In this document: piece after piece, positions 54,961 through 64,000 of the stretch
Layout: every line of letters begins with the position of its first letter
How positions within the stretch are numbered: the first letter of the stretch is position 1
Notes under the pieces: model-generated
What the model saw: the letters and a program-made list of their open reading frames with translations, nothing else
Told to the model about the DNA's origin: nothing
Databases searched by the model: none
Made by a program: the position numbers and the translations under genes
From: Naegleria gruberi
Taxonomy: Eukaryota
Assembly (NCBI GenBank): GCA_000004985.1
Contig: GG738913.1
Strand: one strand, 5' to 3'
DNA length: 64,000 nt

Positions 54961-56430
54961 TTAACTTCTATTATTTGTAGGAGACTGACTGAATGGCAAA
55001 GTACCCCCAGTATTCTCATCAATCCAATACATCTTGCCATCAATTACCGTGTATCCCTTCAGAGGAGCAGCCTTTGATGGCTCATCACCCGAAGATGATG
55101 ACGATTGAACAATTTGATTGCTCTGTGCGAGTGGAGTATTCGTCTCTACCAAGCTACCATCCTCATTGACCATGTAAATCCTTCCATCATTGTAATAGTA
55201 AGTCTTCTTTCGTGAGGTGCTGGCAGAGTTTGCTGCTGTTGCCGAATTGCCTATTGCCACAGTTTGAAGATTGGATGGGCAGGCAATGTGTTCTCCCAAT
55301 TGATTGAGCATGAAACATTGACCACTCACTGGATCAATGTAGTAGGATTCACCTGTTTCTGAGTTTTGGTATGTGGCCATTCCGTTCTGATCCTTGTAGT
55401 AGACTCTACCTTGTGAATCAACAAAAGGACCACCTGCCAAACCATTTGGATTAACAATTTGGGCACTGCCTGATGGTGTATTCACATAGATGGAAGATGT
55501 TTGTCCATTGTTATTGTTATTGGAATTACCAGAAGTGGTAGTAGAACCAGTACCAGTGGTACTTCCTGTGCTTCCTGTATTTCCTGTATTTCCTGAAGAA
55601 GTAGTTGGTTTGATTGTGGAGCTGGCTACAGGTTTTGGAGGATGTGGTCTTTTTGAAGGAACAGGCACAGGAATTGGAATTCCAACAATAGGAGAAGGTA
55701 CTGGTCTGACCACAACGACTATTGGTGGTTTAGTTCCAGTTGTAGGGGTTGAAGTTGTTGGAGTGGCTTGGGTTGTACCAGGACTTGGAATGTCTGCCAA
55801 ATTCAAGCCAGGTATTTCCTTAACTTTGGATGGAGGAAGAAAGAAGATTTGTCTTCCTGTTTTGCCATCAATGTAATAGTATCTACCAAGTGAATCTCTA
55901 AAGAAGATTCTATCATAACTATCTACAAAGTATTCCTTATTGTTATTGTCAATGTAGAAAGGGAGTCCAGTTTTTGCATCCATATAGAATGCATTTCCTT
56001 GCGAGTCGACAAAATAACGACGATTCTTATTATCTGTTAGAGCTTTGGATTGGAGTGAGGTTGGAAAATTTGGACTCGATGGATTGCTTGAATCAAAATA
56101 CTTGATATTACCATTCTGAGCAACGTAGAATGGTCTTCCAAGAGCATCTGCAAAGGTTTGATATTTGGTTCCTCCAACCTCAATATCAATGCCAAGTGGT
56201 TTGTCCTTGGATGGAGTGGATACACCATTCAGTGATGAGTATGAAGATTTGGATTCAACCACTACTGTTGTGGTGCTAGAACTGTAGGAAACGGTACTGC
56301 TACTACCTCCATTGTTGTTATTATTTACTATTGGTTTGGAAGGAACCTCAACTGGTTGCTGACCATGGGCAAGTTGACCAAACAAAACCACTTGAATGAG
56401 CAAAATTGTGGCCAAAACAATTGCTTTCAT
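54961..56430 (-). CDS. Secreted Ser/Thr/Pro-rich protein with short aromatic repeats (xYYxDxxG type)
   Basis: Signal peptide MKAIVLATILLIQVVLFGQLAHG. Repeats RRYFVDSQGNAFYMD, LPFYIDNNNKEYFVD, GRYYYIDGKTG and GRVYYKDQNG. A TTSTPTTGTKPP linker and low-complexity GNTGSTGSTTGTGSTTTSGN. Stop is TAA. Confidence 0.55.
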   Translation of the reverse strand: MKAIVLATILLIQVVLFGQLAHGQQPVEVPSKPIVNNNNNGGSSSTVSYSSSTTTVVVESKSSYSSLNGVSTPSKDKPLGIDIEVGGTKYQTFADALGRPFYVAQNGNIKYFDSSNPSSPNFPTSLQSKALTDNKNRRYFVDSQGNAFYMDAKTGLPFYIDNNNKEYFVDSYDRIFFRDSLGRYYYIDGKTGRQIFFLPPSKVKEIPGLNLADIPSPGTTQATPTTSTPTTGTKPPIVVVVRPVPSPIVGIPIPVPVPSKRPHPPKPVASSTIKPTTSSGNTGNTGSTGSTTGTGSTTTSGNSNNNNNGQTSSIYVNTPSGSAQIVNPNGLAGGPFVDSQGRVYYKDQNGMATYQNSETGESYYIDPVSGQCFMLNQLGEHIACPSNLQTVAIGNSATAANSASTSRKKTYYYNDGRIYMVNEDGSLVETNTPLAQSNQIVQSSSSSGDEPSKAAPLKGYTVIDGKMYWIDENTGGTLPFSQSPTNNRS

Positions 56431-56639
56431 TTTTAATTATCTTTTGTGATTGGAAAGATTGTGCTTATCTTCTCTCTTATAGATTACCAAATTTGTACAT
56501 TGGACAATGCAGGTTCTATTTCAAAATAGTTAATCTATTTAATGGTACAATTACTTTATATTGACCCAAATAGATTGTTACCACTCTACTTGATACAAAT
56601 TGGATGAAAATGAAGTACCAATTTATTATTCTAATATAT

Positions 56640-57572
56640 TTACAAATATTTGTCCTTGTGTTGGTTAAAGAATTCTTCAACACTTCTTGGCTTCTTTCCA
56701 GTTATTAATTGATAATCTCCATGAACGTTTGCTGTAGTTCCATTGAGTTTGAAAACTTGATACAATCTAACAAATGGGAAAATAAGGAATGGTGGAACGC
56801 CACTCTTTCTCAATAATTCACCATATTCAAATTCGTCCAATTCAACAAATTTGATTTCCTTTCCAAGTGACTTGGAAATGATTTGGGCAACTTGTTCGTA
56901 GGTCAAACTCTGTGGACCTGTCAAATTATAGGTTTGATTAGCGTGTTGCTCTGGAGGTTGAATCAAGATTTGAGCAACCATTTCTGAAATATCACGAGTA
57001 TCAACATGACTAATTCTATATGGTAATCCATGGTCATGCTTTGGTCTATAGAATACTCCACTATTCTTGATATCTGCCAAGTCACCTCTCACATAATTTT
57101 GAATGAACATGTTTGGTCTAATGACCACATACGAAATTGAGGTATTTTTCAAAGCTTTTCTGACACTGGTTTCAGAATCATGAAGATTTTTGAAAAAGTT
57201 GTTTTGCTCAAGATCTCCAGAGGCTCCCAAAGCTGAAATCTTGACAACTTGTTTCAAACCCTTTGAGGTCTTGACAGCTAGTTCCACAACTTGTCTTTCC
57301 AATTGAGCAACATTTGGAGTGGCAATTGTTACAAAGAAAATTCTCTCAACATCTTGGAATATAGTTGGAAGTGATGAAATGGTTTCAAATTCTCCCAGAA
57401 CATATTCAATATCTAAATTGGTGCATTCCTCGAATAACTTGTAGGCCTTTTCCACGTTTCTAACCAACAATTTGAGTTTCAACTTGGTTTCTGTTGGAGA
57501 AGAATTCAAAATACGAATCAATTCACTTCCAATATTACCAGTTGCTCCAGTAATGAAAATCTTGCTTGCCAT
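56640..57572 (-). CDS. NmrA-like/atypical SDR NAD(P)-binding protein
   Basis: N-terminal KIFITGATGNIGSELIRIL Rossmann motif with NmrA-family length and layout. Stop is TAA. Confidence 0.8.
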   Translation of the reverse strand: MASKIFITGATGNIGSELIRILNSSPTETKLKLKLLVRNVEKAYKLFEECTNLDIEYVLGEFETISSLPTIFQDVERIFFVTIATPNVAQLERQVVELAVKTSKGLKQVVKISALGASGDLEQNNFFKNLHDSETSVRKALKNTSISYVVIRPNMFIQNYVRGDLADIKNSGVFYRPKHDHGLPYRISHVDTRDISEMVAQILIQPPEQHANQTYNLTGPQSLTYEQVAQIISKSLGKEIKFVELDEFEYGELLRKSGVPPFLIFPFVRLYQVFKLNGTTANVHGDYQLITGKKPRSVEEFFNQHKDKYL

Positions 57573-58139
57573 CTATCTTTCAGTAGATTGTTTTTTTTAA
57601 TGAAATTTGGTTTCACAGAATTGTCCTTGACCTTGCAGTTTTATAACAAAATTAATCCTCACGAGGTTTCAAAAGAGTTATGGCATAACTTGGTTTCTTT
57701 TCATGAAGAATGTTGTGGAGAAATTTCCATTGCTTTGTGGCTCCGTCCGTTCCTCGCTCATATTTGAGGGGTTTCTTCCAAACAATATACAAATAATAAA
57801 AAAAACGTGTAAGTTTATTAATGTCTCTTATATCAATAACGACCTGAGAGACCACACGTATGATAACTTGTCTAGTTTATTAAGGTAGTAAGTGAACGAA
57901 ACTATTGTAACTTACCGAAAGTTCATGAAGAATAAAGTCACTGACACGCATTATTGTAAACCATCTCACGAACGCCATTTTCACAACAACGCCATCAATT
58001 CTAAATATCTCCATATTAGTACAATTTTACAACTCGTCCATAAAAGTAACCCAACAAGTGTCAAAAAATTCAAATAAATAGCACGACAAGTAACACCCAA
58101 CATTTCACAAAACAAAAACAATTAAAAACAAAATCAAAA

Positions 58140-58499
58140 ATGTCCTATCCAATCCCAACCCCATACGAATGGTCAACCACTCTCGATATTGGCAATGCTG
58201 AATTAAACGAACAACACAAGAAACTCTTCACTCTCATCAATGCCTTAGATGCCAAGAGAAGTTGTGGCACCACCTTGAAGGAATTATTGGATTACGTTGT
58301 TTTCCACTTCAAGACTGAAGAAGATTTGTTTGCAAAGGCTGGTTGGTCTGAATCGGCCTCTCATAAGGAAACTCATGATAAGTTTGTTCAGGATGCTTTG
58401 GCATTGACAAGTGTTGGAGATGCTGAGATGCAATTTATTAAGCAATGGTTGATTACTCACATTTGTGCTTCTGATATGAAGTATAAGGGAGTTATTTAA
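58140..58499 (+). CDS. Hemerythrin-like protein (HHE cation-binding domain)
   Basis: W...DIGNAELNEQHKKLF...HFKTEE...HKETHDKF...WLITHICASD gives the H, HxxxE, H, HxxxD pattern of bacteriohemerythrin-type domains. Length is 119 aa. Stop is TAA. Confidence 0.8.
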   Translation: MSYPIPTPYEWSTTLDIGNAELNEQHKKLFTLINALDAKRSCGTTLKELLDYVVFHFKTEEDLFAKAGWSESASHKETHDKFVQDALALTSVGDAEMQFIKQWLITHICASDMKYKGVI

Positions 58500-58657
58500 A
58501 TAAAGCGAGTGTGTTGAATGTTTTGTATTCGAAACTGTTTAGTTTTCAAAATTCAAGAAGAATTGGTGAAACAAAGGCCAATATTGTGTAATTGGTTAAG
58601 CCTTTCGTTTCGAATAATTGCCATCACCTCGTATCTCATTAAACTGTTTCAGTTCCT

Positions 58658-59515
58658 TCAAAAATAAAACTCCTTCTCATCAATTCTATTATAACTAACA
58701 TCCAGTATTGTTAATTGTTTCATTTTCGTTAAATATTTGACTCCATTTGCTCCAATACTATTGTTAGAAATATCAAGTTTAGTTAATTGTTCAAGTTGAG
58801 TGAGATGTTCAACTCCCTTCTCTTCAATCATATTATTATGAATATCAAGAGTTCTTAATTGTTTCATTTCTCCAATAAATTTAACACCCTCTTCGAATAT
58901 ACTATTATTACTAATATTGAGTTCTGTTAAGTATTCCAAGTTACTAATAGCTTTTGCTCCTTGTTGTCCAATAAGATTTCCAGAAATATTGAGAATTGTT
59001 AAATGTTTCAATTTGCTAATGTGCTTGGCTCCATAAACACCAATAGTATTGTGAGAAATATTGAGATTTGTCAACTGTGGAGCCAATTCTCCAATTAACT
59101 TTGCTTGACTGAATGTAAATAAATTAACCGAAACATCAAGTTGAGTCAAATGTTTCATCAATCCAAACAATCGACAATCAAATAGTTCAAAAGCAATAGT
59201 CCCAATTCTCACTTTCAGATTTTCAATATTTTGTAAAAATTGACCTTGCATTTTCGAATCACTGCCACAAACTAATGAAAATTTCAATCTTTCCGAAATG
59301 ACATTCAACCACTGTTTTGAAACCAAAGCACAATTCATCACCATAAATATAAAATCATTCCGATGATAATTTAAAATTTCATAAATTACATCATCAGAGA
59401 ATATTTCAAATGGTGAGAGTTTTGTCTTTTTTGCTTCTTGTTGAGATGAATGGGAATTGTTTTCTGATATTAAAATATCGGCAGATGTAATGTCTTCTCT
59501 TATTCGTTTGTTCAT
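58658..59515 (-). CDS. F-box/LRR protein; paralog of 45806..46771 in inverted orientation
   Basis: FMVMNCALVSKQWLNVISERLKFSL closely matches FIVLNCALVSKQWLRVISERVRFSL. LRRs LTNLNISHNTIGVYGA and LTILNISGNLIGQQGA. It ends at TGA, and the +1 frame reads EGTETV then TAA. Confidence 0.6.
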   Translation of the reverse strand: MNKRIREDITSADILISENNSHSSQQEAKKTKLSPFEIFSDDVIYEILNYHRNDFIFMVMNCALVSKQWLNVISERLKFSLVCGSDSKMQGQFLQNIENLKVRIGTIAFELFDCRLFGLMKHLTQLDVSVNLFTFSQAKLIGELAPQLTNLNISHNTIGVYGAKHISKLKHLTILNISGNLIGQQGAKAISNLEYLTELNISNNSIFEEGVKFIGEMKQLRTLDIHNNMIEEKGVEHLTQLEQLTKLDISNNSIGANGVKYLTKMKQLTILDVSYNRIDEKEFYF

Positions 59516-59632
59516 TTTTTTGTTTTTTAAATTAAGATTAAAATCTTCAGTTAAATAGATTGATTACAATGACAGAGAGTGTTCAATTTACTTCTGTCAC
59601 TTATTTTGAACACGAATGTGAAAGAAATTAAA

Positions 59633-60290
59633 TTACTCTTCTAATTCTTCTAATTCTTCTAATTCACAACTCCACATTATGATGTTGTCTTTCAATATTT
59701 GTAAAAGGAGTATGGCTTCCCTATACCATTCATCACTTAAATAATCGACTTCAGGAATTGCCTTATCAAATTCTGATTGAGCCATTTCAATTGCCTTTTT
59801 CTTATCTTTCAAAACATCGCTGTAATATACAACAAGTGAAATGATCAAACTCAATCTAGTTGGATCCACAATTGAGAGACTTTTGATTGTTTCTATACCT
59901 GATTCATATGAGTTCAAACATTTTTCTTTCAATAATTCATCTTTGGCGGATTCTGGGTCAACAGTAAGAACGTGTCTATAGAAATCTCCTTTGAGTTGTG
60001 CATAGAAAACCAATTCTTGATCAGTCAATCCTTTTACTTTCAAAATTCTGTCAATCATCTCAATCAACTGTTCAGCAAGTTGATGAATTTCATTTAAAAC
60101 TTTCCTGGTAAACATGTTTGATACGTCCGAGGGATCATATTGATGAAGCTACATTATAAACAGCTCTCTTTTTCTTCATTGTCTCTGTAAAGGCCAACTT
60201 TAACAATTTTCTTTCCTCTTGTGAAGGAATAAATTCTCCCGATGATGCAAGAATTAATTCATCAAATGACTTGTACAATACAGCAGCCAT
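59633..60290 (-). CDS. Divergent 14-3-3-like protein; the frame is broken by a +1 shift at TGA (about 60136-60138)
   Basis: The upstream segment (ATG at about 60290) gives IPSQEERKLLKLAFTETMKKKRAVYNVASSI, which matches 14-3-3 [29 protein letters not shown]. The downstream ORF gives KGDFYRHVLTV...LSLIISLVVYYSDVL...EWYREAILLLQILKDNIIMWS, which matches GDYYRYLAEV...LGLALNFSVFYYEIL...YKDSTLIMQLLRDNLTLWT. The junction is ATA TGA TCC, and the +1 frame reads DPSDVSNMF. Final stop is TAA. Confidence 0.7.
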
Positions 60291-60640
60291 TTCTATTCAA
60301 CAAAACAACAATCATGTTAATCCATTATTCTCTTGTTCTTCCTTACTTCATACTTTTCAGAATCACGACAAATTAAGGCCCAAATTACATAATCTTCTCT
60401 TGAAGAGAGAGTTGGTACATCCCTTCCTTCTTGTTGTTGTTTCATTTTTTTCAAAGTTCATCCTTAACAAACAACTAAGCTACAATTAACACGAATGAAC
60501 TTTTTTTACTAAGGGAGAAATATAAAAGACTTATAAACCATTACTTTACATTTTCTTCTTGTGGAAGGAAAAAGGAAGTTGGATAGTAACAAAGGAATGT
60601 GAAAATGGAACTTGAACTTGAATGAAAAAATTGAAAAAAA

Positions 60641-61753
60641 ATGACAGATGTTCAATCTTTGATTTTGGATATTGGATCGGGATCGATAAAGGCTGGATTA
60701 CATTTTCATGATGAACCTTCATTAATTATTTCATCAATGATTGGAAGAGTGAAATATAAACCTGTCATGATGACAAATGTCAAATTGGGATATGTTGGAA
60801 ATGAAGCAATGAGGAGGAGAGGGATATTGGATATTTCGTATCCGATCAGGAGAGGAATTGTTCAAGATTGGGATGATTTGGAATTATTATTTCAATATAT
60901 ATTCGAAAGTGAATTAAAGGTGGATCCACACGAGTTTTCACTTTTTCTTTCTGATTCTCTTCTCAATCCAGATTCTAACCGAGAGAAAATGGTAGAATTA
61001 CTATTCGAAACCTTTGGCATTCCAGGGCTTTATTTCGAATATCAACCCTTGCTATCTCTATATTCGTCTGGAAGAACTTGCGGAGCTGTTTTACATTCCG
61101 GAGAGGGACTTTCTCAAATAGTTTCAATTTCTAATGGATATGTTCTTCCCCAAACTATTCGTCGACTAAATTTGGGAGGTTTTGATCTGACGGAATATTC
61201 AAGAAAATTACTAAATACGAAAGGTCATTGTTTCAAAATGAAAGCAGATTTTGAAATTGTGAGAGAATTGAAAGAGAAATGTGCAAGAATTTCACTTTCT
61301 AACGATGATTTGCAGCATATAGATTCATCTGAATTATTTTACGAATTACCTGATGGAAATCGAATAGAAATTGGAAACGAAAGATTTGAAATAGGAGAAG
61401 CCTTATTCAATCCACAATGCCTAGGAATAGATTCCATTGGAATTGACCAATTACTAATTGACTCAATACAGAAATGTGAAATTGACACTCAAAGAGACAT
61501 GTTTGGAAACATTATTCTTGATGGAGGGAATTCACGAATTCCAAACTATTCCACTCGAATAGTGAATCAAGTTGAGAAGAGTGCCTCACCATCAATGAAA
61601 GTAAGGCATGTCAACATGTCAAATGAATACTCTGAATGGATTGGAGCTGCCTTCATGATTCTCCATTCTCAAATGAATTACATGTGGTATTGCAGAGAAC
61701 ATTATGATGAATTTGGAACAAATTTTATTCATAAACATGGAGAAACATTTTAA
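60641..61753 (+). CDS. Actin-related protein (divergent actin/Arp)
   Basis: LILDIGSGSIKAG matches actin DNGSGMCKAG. Conserved GIVQDWDDLE and LNPDSNREKMVELLFETFGIPGLY (actin LNPKANREKMTQIMFETF). Stop is TAA. Confidence 0.8.
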   Translation: MTDVQSLILDIGSGSIKAGLHFHDEPSLIISSMIGRVKYKPVMMTNVKLGYVGNEAMRRRGILDISYPIRRGIVQDWDDLELLFQYIFESELKVDPHEFSLFLSDSLLNPDSNREKMVELLFETFGIPGLYFEYQPLLSLYSSGRTCGAVLHSGEGLSQIVSISNGYVLPQTIRRLNLGGFDLTEYSRKLLNTKGHCFKMKADFEIVRELKEKCARISLSNDDLQHIDSSELFYELPDGNRIEIGNERFEIGEALFNPQCLGIDSIGIDQLLIDSIQKCEIDTQRDMFGNIILDGGNSRIPNYSTRIVNQVEKSASPSMKVRHVNMSNEYSEWIGAAFMILHSQMNYMWYCREHYDEFGTNFIHKHGETF

Positions 61754-61973
61754 TTTTGTTCACAAATTTTGTAATCTATATTTCAAACCAACTGTCTTTC
61801 ATATATTGAATTCATAATTCATTGTTGAAAATAATGAATGAATAATAATTATAATGATGTTCATTAAGAAGAGATTGAACTTGCATCTTCAATTCTAAAA
61901 AAAAGATCAAAAAACTTTTCATAAAGCCCGCTTTTTTTTATCCTCTTAAATTTTATATTTAATTTGAAAAAAG

Positions 61974-63473
61974 ATGGAAGCGAATGTATTTGCGGCTGGT
62001 ATGACCGATAATTATGAATATCCAGCAGTAAAGAATCCGGGTGGTAAGTAAACGAGCATCACTACAAAATTCTCAAGAAGTTTTGGCTTTTTTATGTGTG
62101 ATTGTGATCGGAATGAATTTTGATCTATTTTTGTATGATGGTGTATTATTTAAATCATGATCATGATAATTTAATTGATTTTTAATGGTGATGAAAAAAG
62201 CCTTTGTTCCTCTTGAGCCTTCATTGTTTGGATATGAAAGAATTAAACATGCTGCATGTGGATATAGAACTTCTTTCTTTCTGACCGAGTCAGATCAATT
62301 GTATTGTTGTGGGCAGAATTCATCAGGAGAGTTGGGGAATGGAACTAGTGTTGATTATGAACCTCTCTCGAAGAATAGAACTCTGATTCCACATTATGGA
62401 ACCATAGAGACAATATTAGGAGGAGATACATTTACATTCTTTATCATGAAGGGTATGTTGCTTTGTTGGCCAAGTGTTTAATGGAATTGATTGCATACAT
62501 GACGAATTTGTAAAGATGGTACTTTTTGGAGATGTGGATCTAATAATGATGGCCAACTTGGAGCTGGATCAAAAAGTAAATTATTGGTACCTGAACCGGT
62601 CAATCCTACACCTTGGGGAGCTCACAGAGTGATGAAGATTGCATTTGGATATTATCACTCTGCAGTTCTTGTTAATAATACAGTGTACATATCAGGAAAA
62701 CTTTCAGGAAGTGATACCACCCATGCATATACTAAAATTGCAGATGCAGATCAGAAAATGATTGGAGAAATTGTGGATGTTTCTTGTGGAGTTTTTAACA
62801 CAATGGTTGTAAATAGTATGTTGTTGTGAATTATTGAATTTGAGATTAATTTTCAACAACAGGAAGAGGACATTTGTATAGTATTGGTCAATCAGTTGAA
62901 AATGCTTCAACTTCAGCATGGACCAGAATGAATATTGATGCACCTGTTTCCAAGATTTTTTGTGGATCACTTTCCGGCATTGCAATAACATCACAAGATG
63001 AGGTCTATTGTTGGGGAGATAACGGCTCAGGTGAGACTGGAATTCCAAGCTCAAGAGTTTCTAATTGGACAATGAATCACGATTTGTGCTATAAGGAAAT
63101 TACCAATGTTGGTATTCACACCTATCAAACCATTATCCTTACTCGTTCAGGACAAGTACTCATTTGTGGAAATAATTCCAACAATCAATTGGGAGCAGTC
63201 ATGGAAACTAGTCAAGGTGTAAAAAGAAGTACTCAATTAGAGGAATTATGTAGGAAATTCTCAAACAAGACAGCATTTGTTACAGGAGGATTTCAACACA
63301 TGATTGTCTATTTTGCTGATGGTGGTAAGTAATTTCATCTATTCATCTACATTTTAATCATCCATTTCAAAGCCATGTCAAAAGGAAAAACCTACATGAT
63401 TGCAATGCTTCGTCAAGCAAGTCAATCCTCAGAATTGAGTGATATTTCATTTGATTTCCTAAATACATTGTAA
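61974..63473 (+). CDS. RCC1-like repeat protein, about five exons
   Basis: Exons at about 61974-62043, 62201-62452, 62516-62815, 62863-63324 and 63373-63473. Donors GTAAGT, GTATGT, GTATGT and GTAAGT. Introns of about 157, 63, 47 and 48 nt keep one frame. Repeats CCGQNSSGELGNG, CGSNNDGQLGAG, CWGDNGSGETG and CGNNSNNQLG. Stop is TAA. Confidence 0.6.
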
Positions 63474-63764
63474 AAAAAATTGTAAATTTAAATATTTTTG
63501 GAATGTTACTGCTATTTATTGAATATTATTTATTAACATTTTAATTTTCGTGTTCCAATTCGCCCAATTCGAATGAGAATGGAAATTAAATTCCAAAATT
63601 GCAAATTTTCCAAAACTCAAAAAAGGCTACAAACAAAAATTTAACAAAAAAAATACCTCAACCTATTTAGCGAAGCTTTTTTTCAATTTTGAATACAACA
63701 CACGTATTATTAATACATCATCATCGTCATCATAATTTAAATTATATCGGAATAATAGTAGAAA

Positions 63765-64000
63765 ATGGAACGATCTATAATGATGGTACATGCAACCTTG
63801 TTTTGGTTGATTTTCCTTCTCTTGTCTGTGTCTAATAGTTTTCTCCGAGAATCAGTGTATGAACCTTTAGCAGGTGAATTGTGGAGTCATATATTTGCAA
63901 CATCTAGTCTTGTTTTGATTAATTTACTATTAATGTATTACTTTTTTATGCAAAAGAGAAGTTATAAAAAGCAAGCCTTGATAAAGGAGAAGAGAGAAAG
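63765..64000 (+). CDS. Start of a membrane protein gene running off the window
   Basis: ATG at 63765. MERSIMMVHATLFWLIFLLLSVSNSF..., a second hydrophobic segment SSLVLINLLLMYYFF, and the frame is open to the window end. Confidence 0.3.
   Translation, partial: MERSIMMVHATLFWLIFLLLSVSNSFLRESVYEPLAGELWSHIFATSSLVLINLLLMYYFFMQKRSYKKQALIKEKRE

Noticed and set aside
10360-60138. TGA simply acting as a sense codon (Trp, Cys or Sec) in the same frame
   Set aside because: ORF-track coordinates show the downstream ORFs are in the +1 frame in all cases. Reading through TGA in frame gives non-homologous sequence and early stops.
62044-62200. An alternative 34-nt intron (AG at 62076-62077) for the first intron of the RCC1-like gene
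   Set aside because: It stays in phase but runs into a stop at about 62158. The 157-nt intron ending at the AG at 62199-62200 joins the conserved RCC1 frame.
1-64000. CRISPR arrays, transposons, rRNA, or prokaryotic-style operon signals
   Set aside because: No direct-repeat/spacer arrays, terminal inverted repeats with transposase or reverse-transcriptase ORFs, or rRNA-like segments were seen. The gene structure, with introns, a tRNA-Tyr intron and A-rich leaders, is eukaryotic.

Overview
This 64 kb window is a gene-dense eukaryotic nuclear locus from an AT-rich, intron-poor unicellular protist. I would not name the organism; the gene content looks amoeboid or heterolobosean. I support about 37 protein-coding genes and two tRNA genes, tRNA-Asp(GTC) and an intron-containing tRNA-Tyr(GTA). 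Introns are rare and short, from 38 to about 157 nt, with GTAAGT, GTATGT or GTAGGT donors and AG acceptors. Start codons follow A-rich leaders, and TAA is the dominant stop codon.

Major genes:
- An 8.5 kb type I polyketide synthase on the minus strand (KS-AT-DH-cMT-KR-ACP-TE plus a C-terminal TcmP/LCM-type methyltransferase), transcribed divergently from a RETSAT-like FAD oxidoreductase.
- A giant NHL-repeat surface protein next to several NHL-like propeller genes.
- A secreted GH5 cellulase next to a three-exon gene for a secreted protein whose mature N-terminus is histidine (LPMO/X325-like candidate).
- A 12-TM plus PAS plus class III nucleotidyl cyclase, and a receptor-like kinase with a Pmp-type beta-helix ectodomain.
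- Hemerythrin, a 14-3-3-like protein, an actin-related protein, RCC1 proteins, an NmrA-like reductase and a degenerate sirtuin.
- About eight F-box or F-box/LRR proteins.

The most striking observation is a recurring break pattern. At least four well-supported genes (PKS, 14-3-3, a propeller protein and a hypothetical protein) are split into two abutting ORFs that are always offset by +1, always exactly at an in-frame TGA. Each of the few genes that terminate at TGA has a +1 frame that stays open until a TAA. This is compatible with obligatory +1 ribosomal frameshifting, or another recoding event, at TGA, with TAA and TAG as the true terminators. The alternative is a systematic single-T insertion artefact in the assembly.

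I saw no CRISPR arrays, transposons or rRNA. Hand-derived coordinates may be off by one or two bases.
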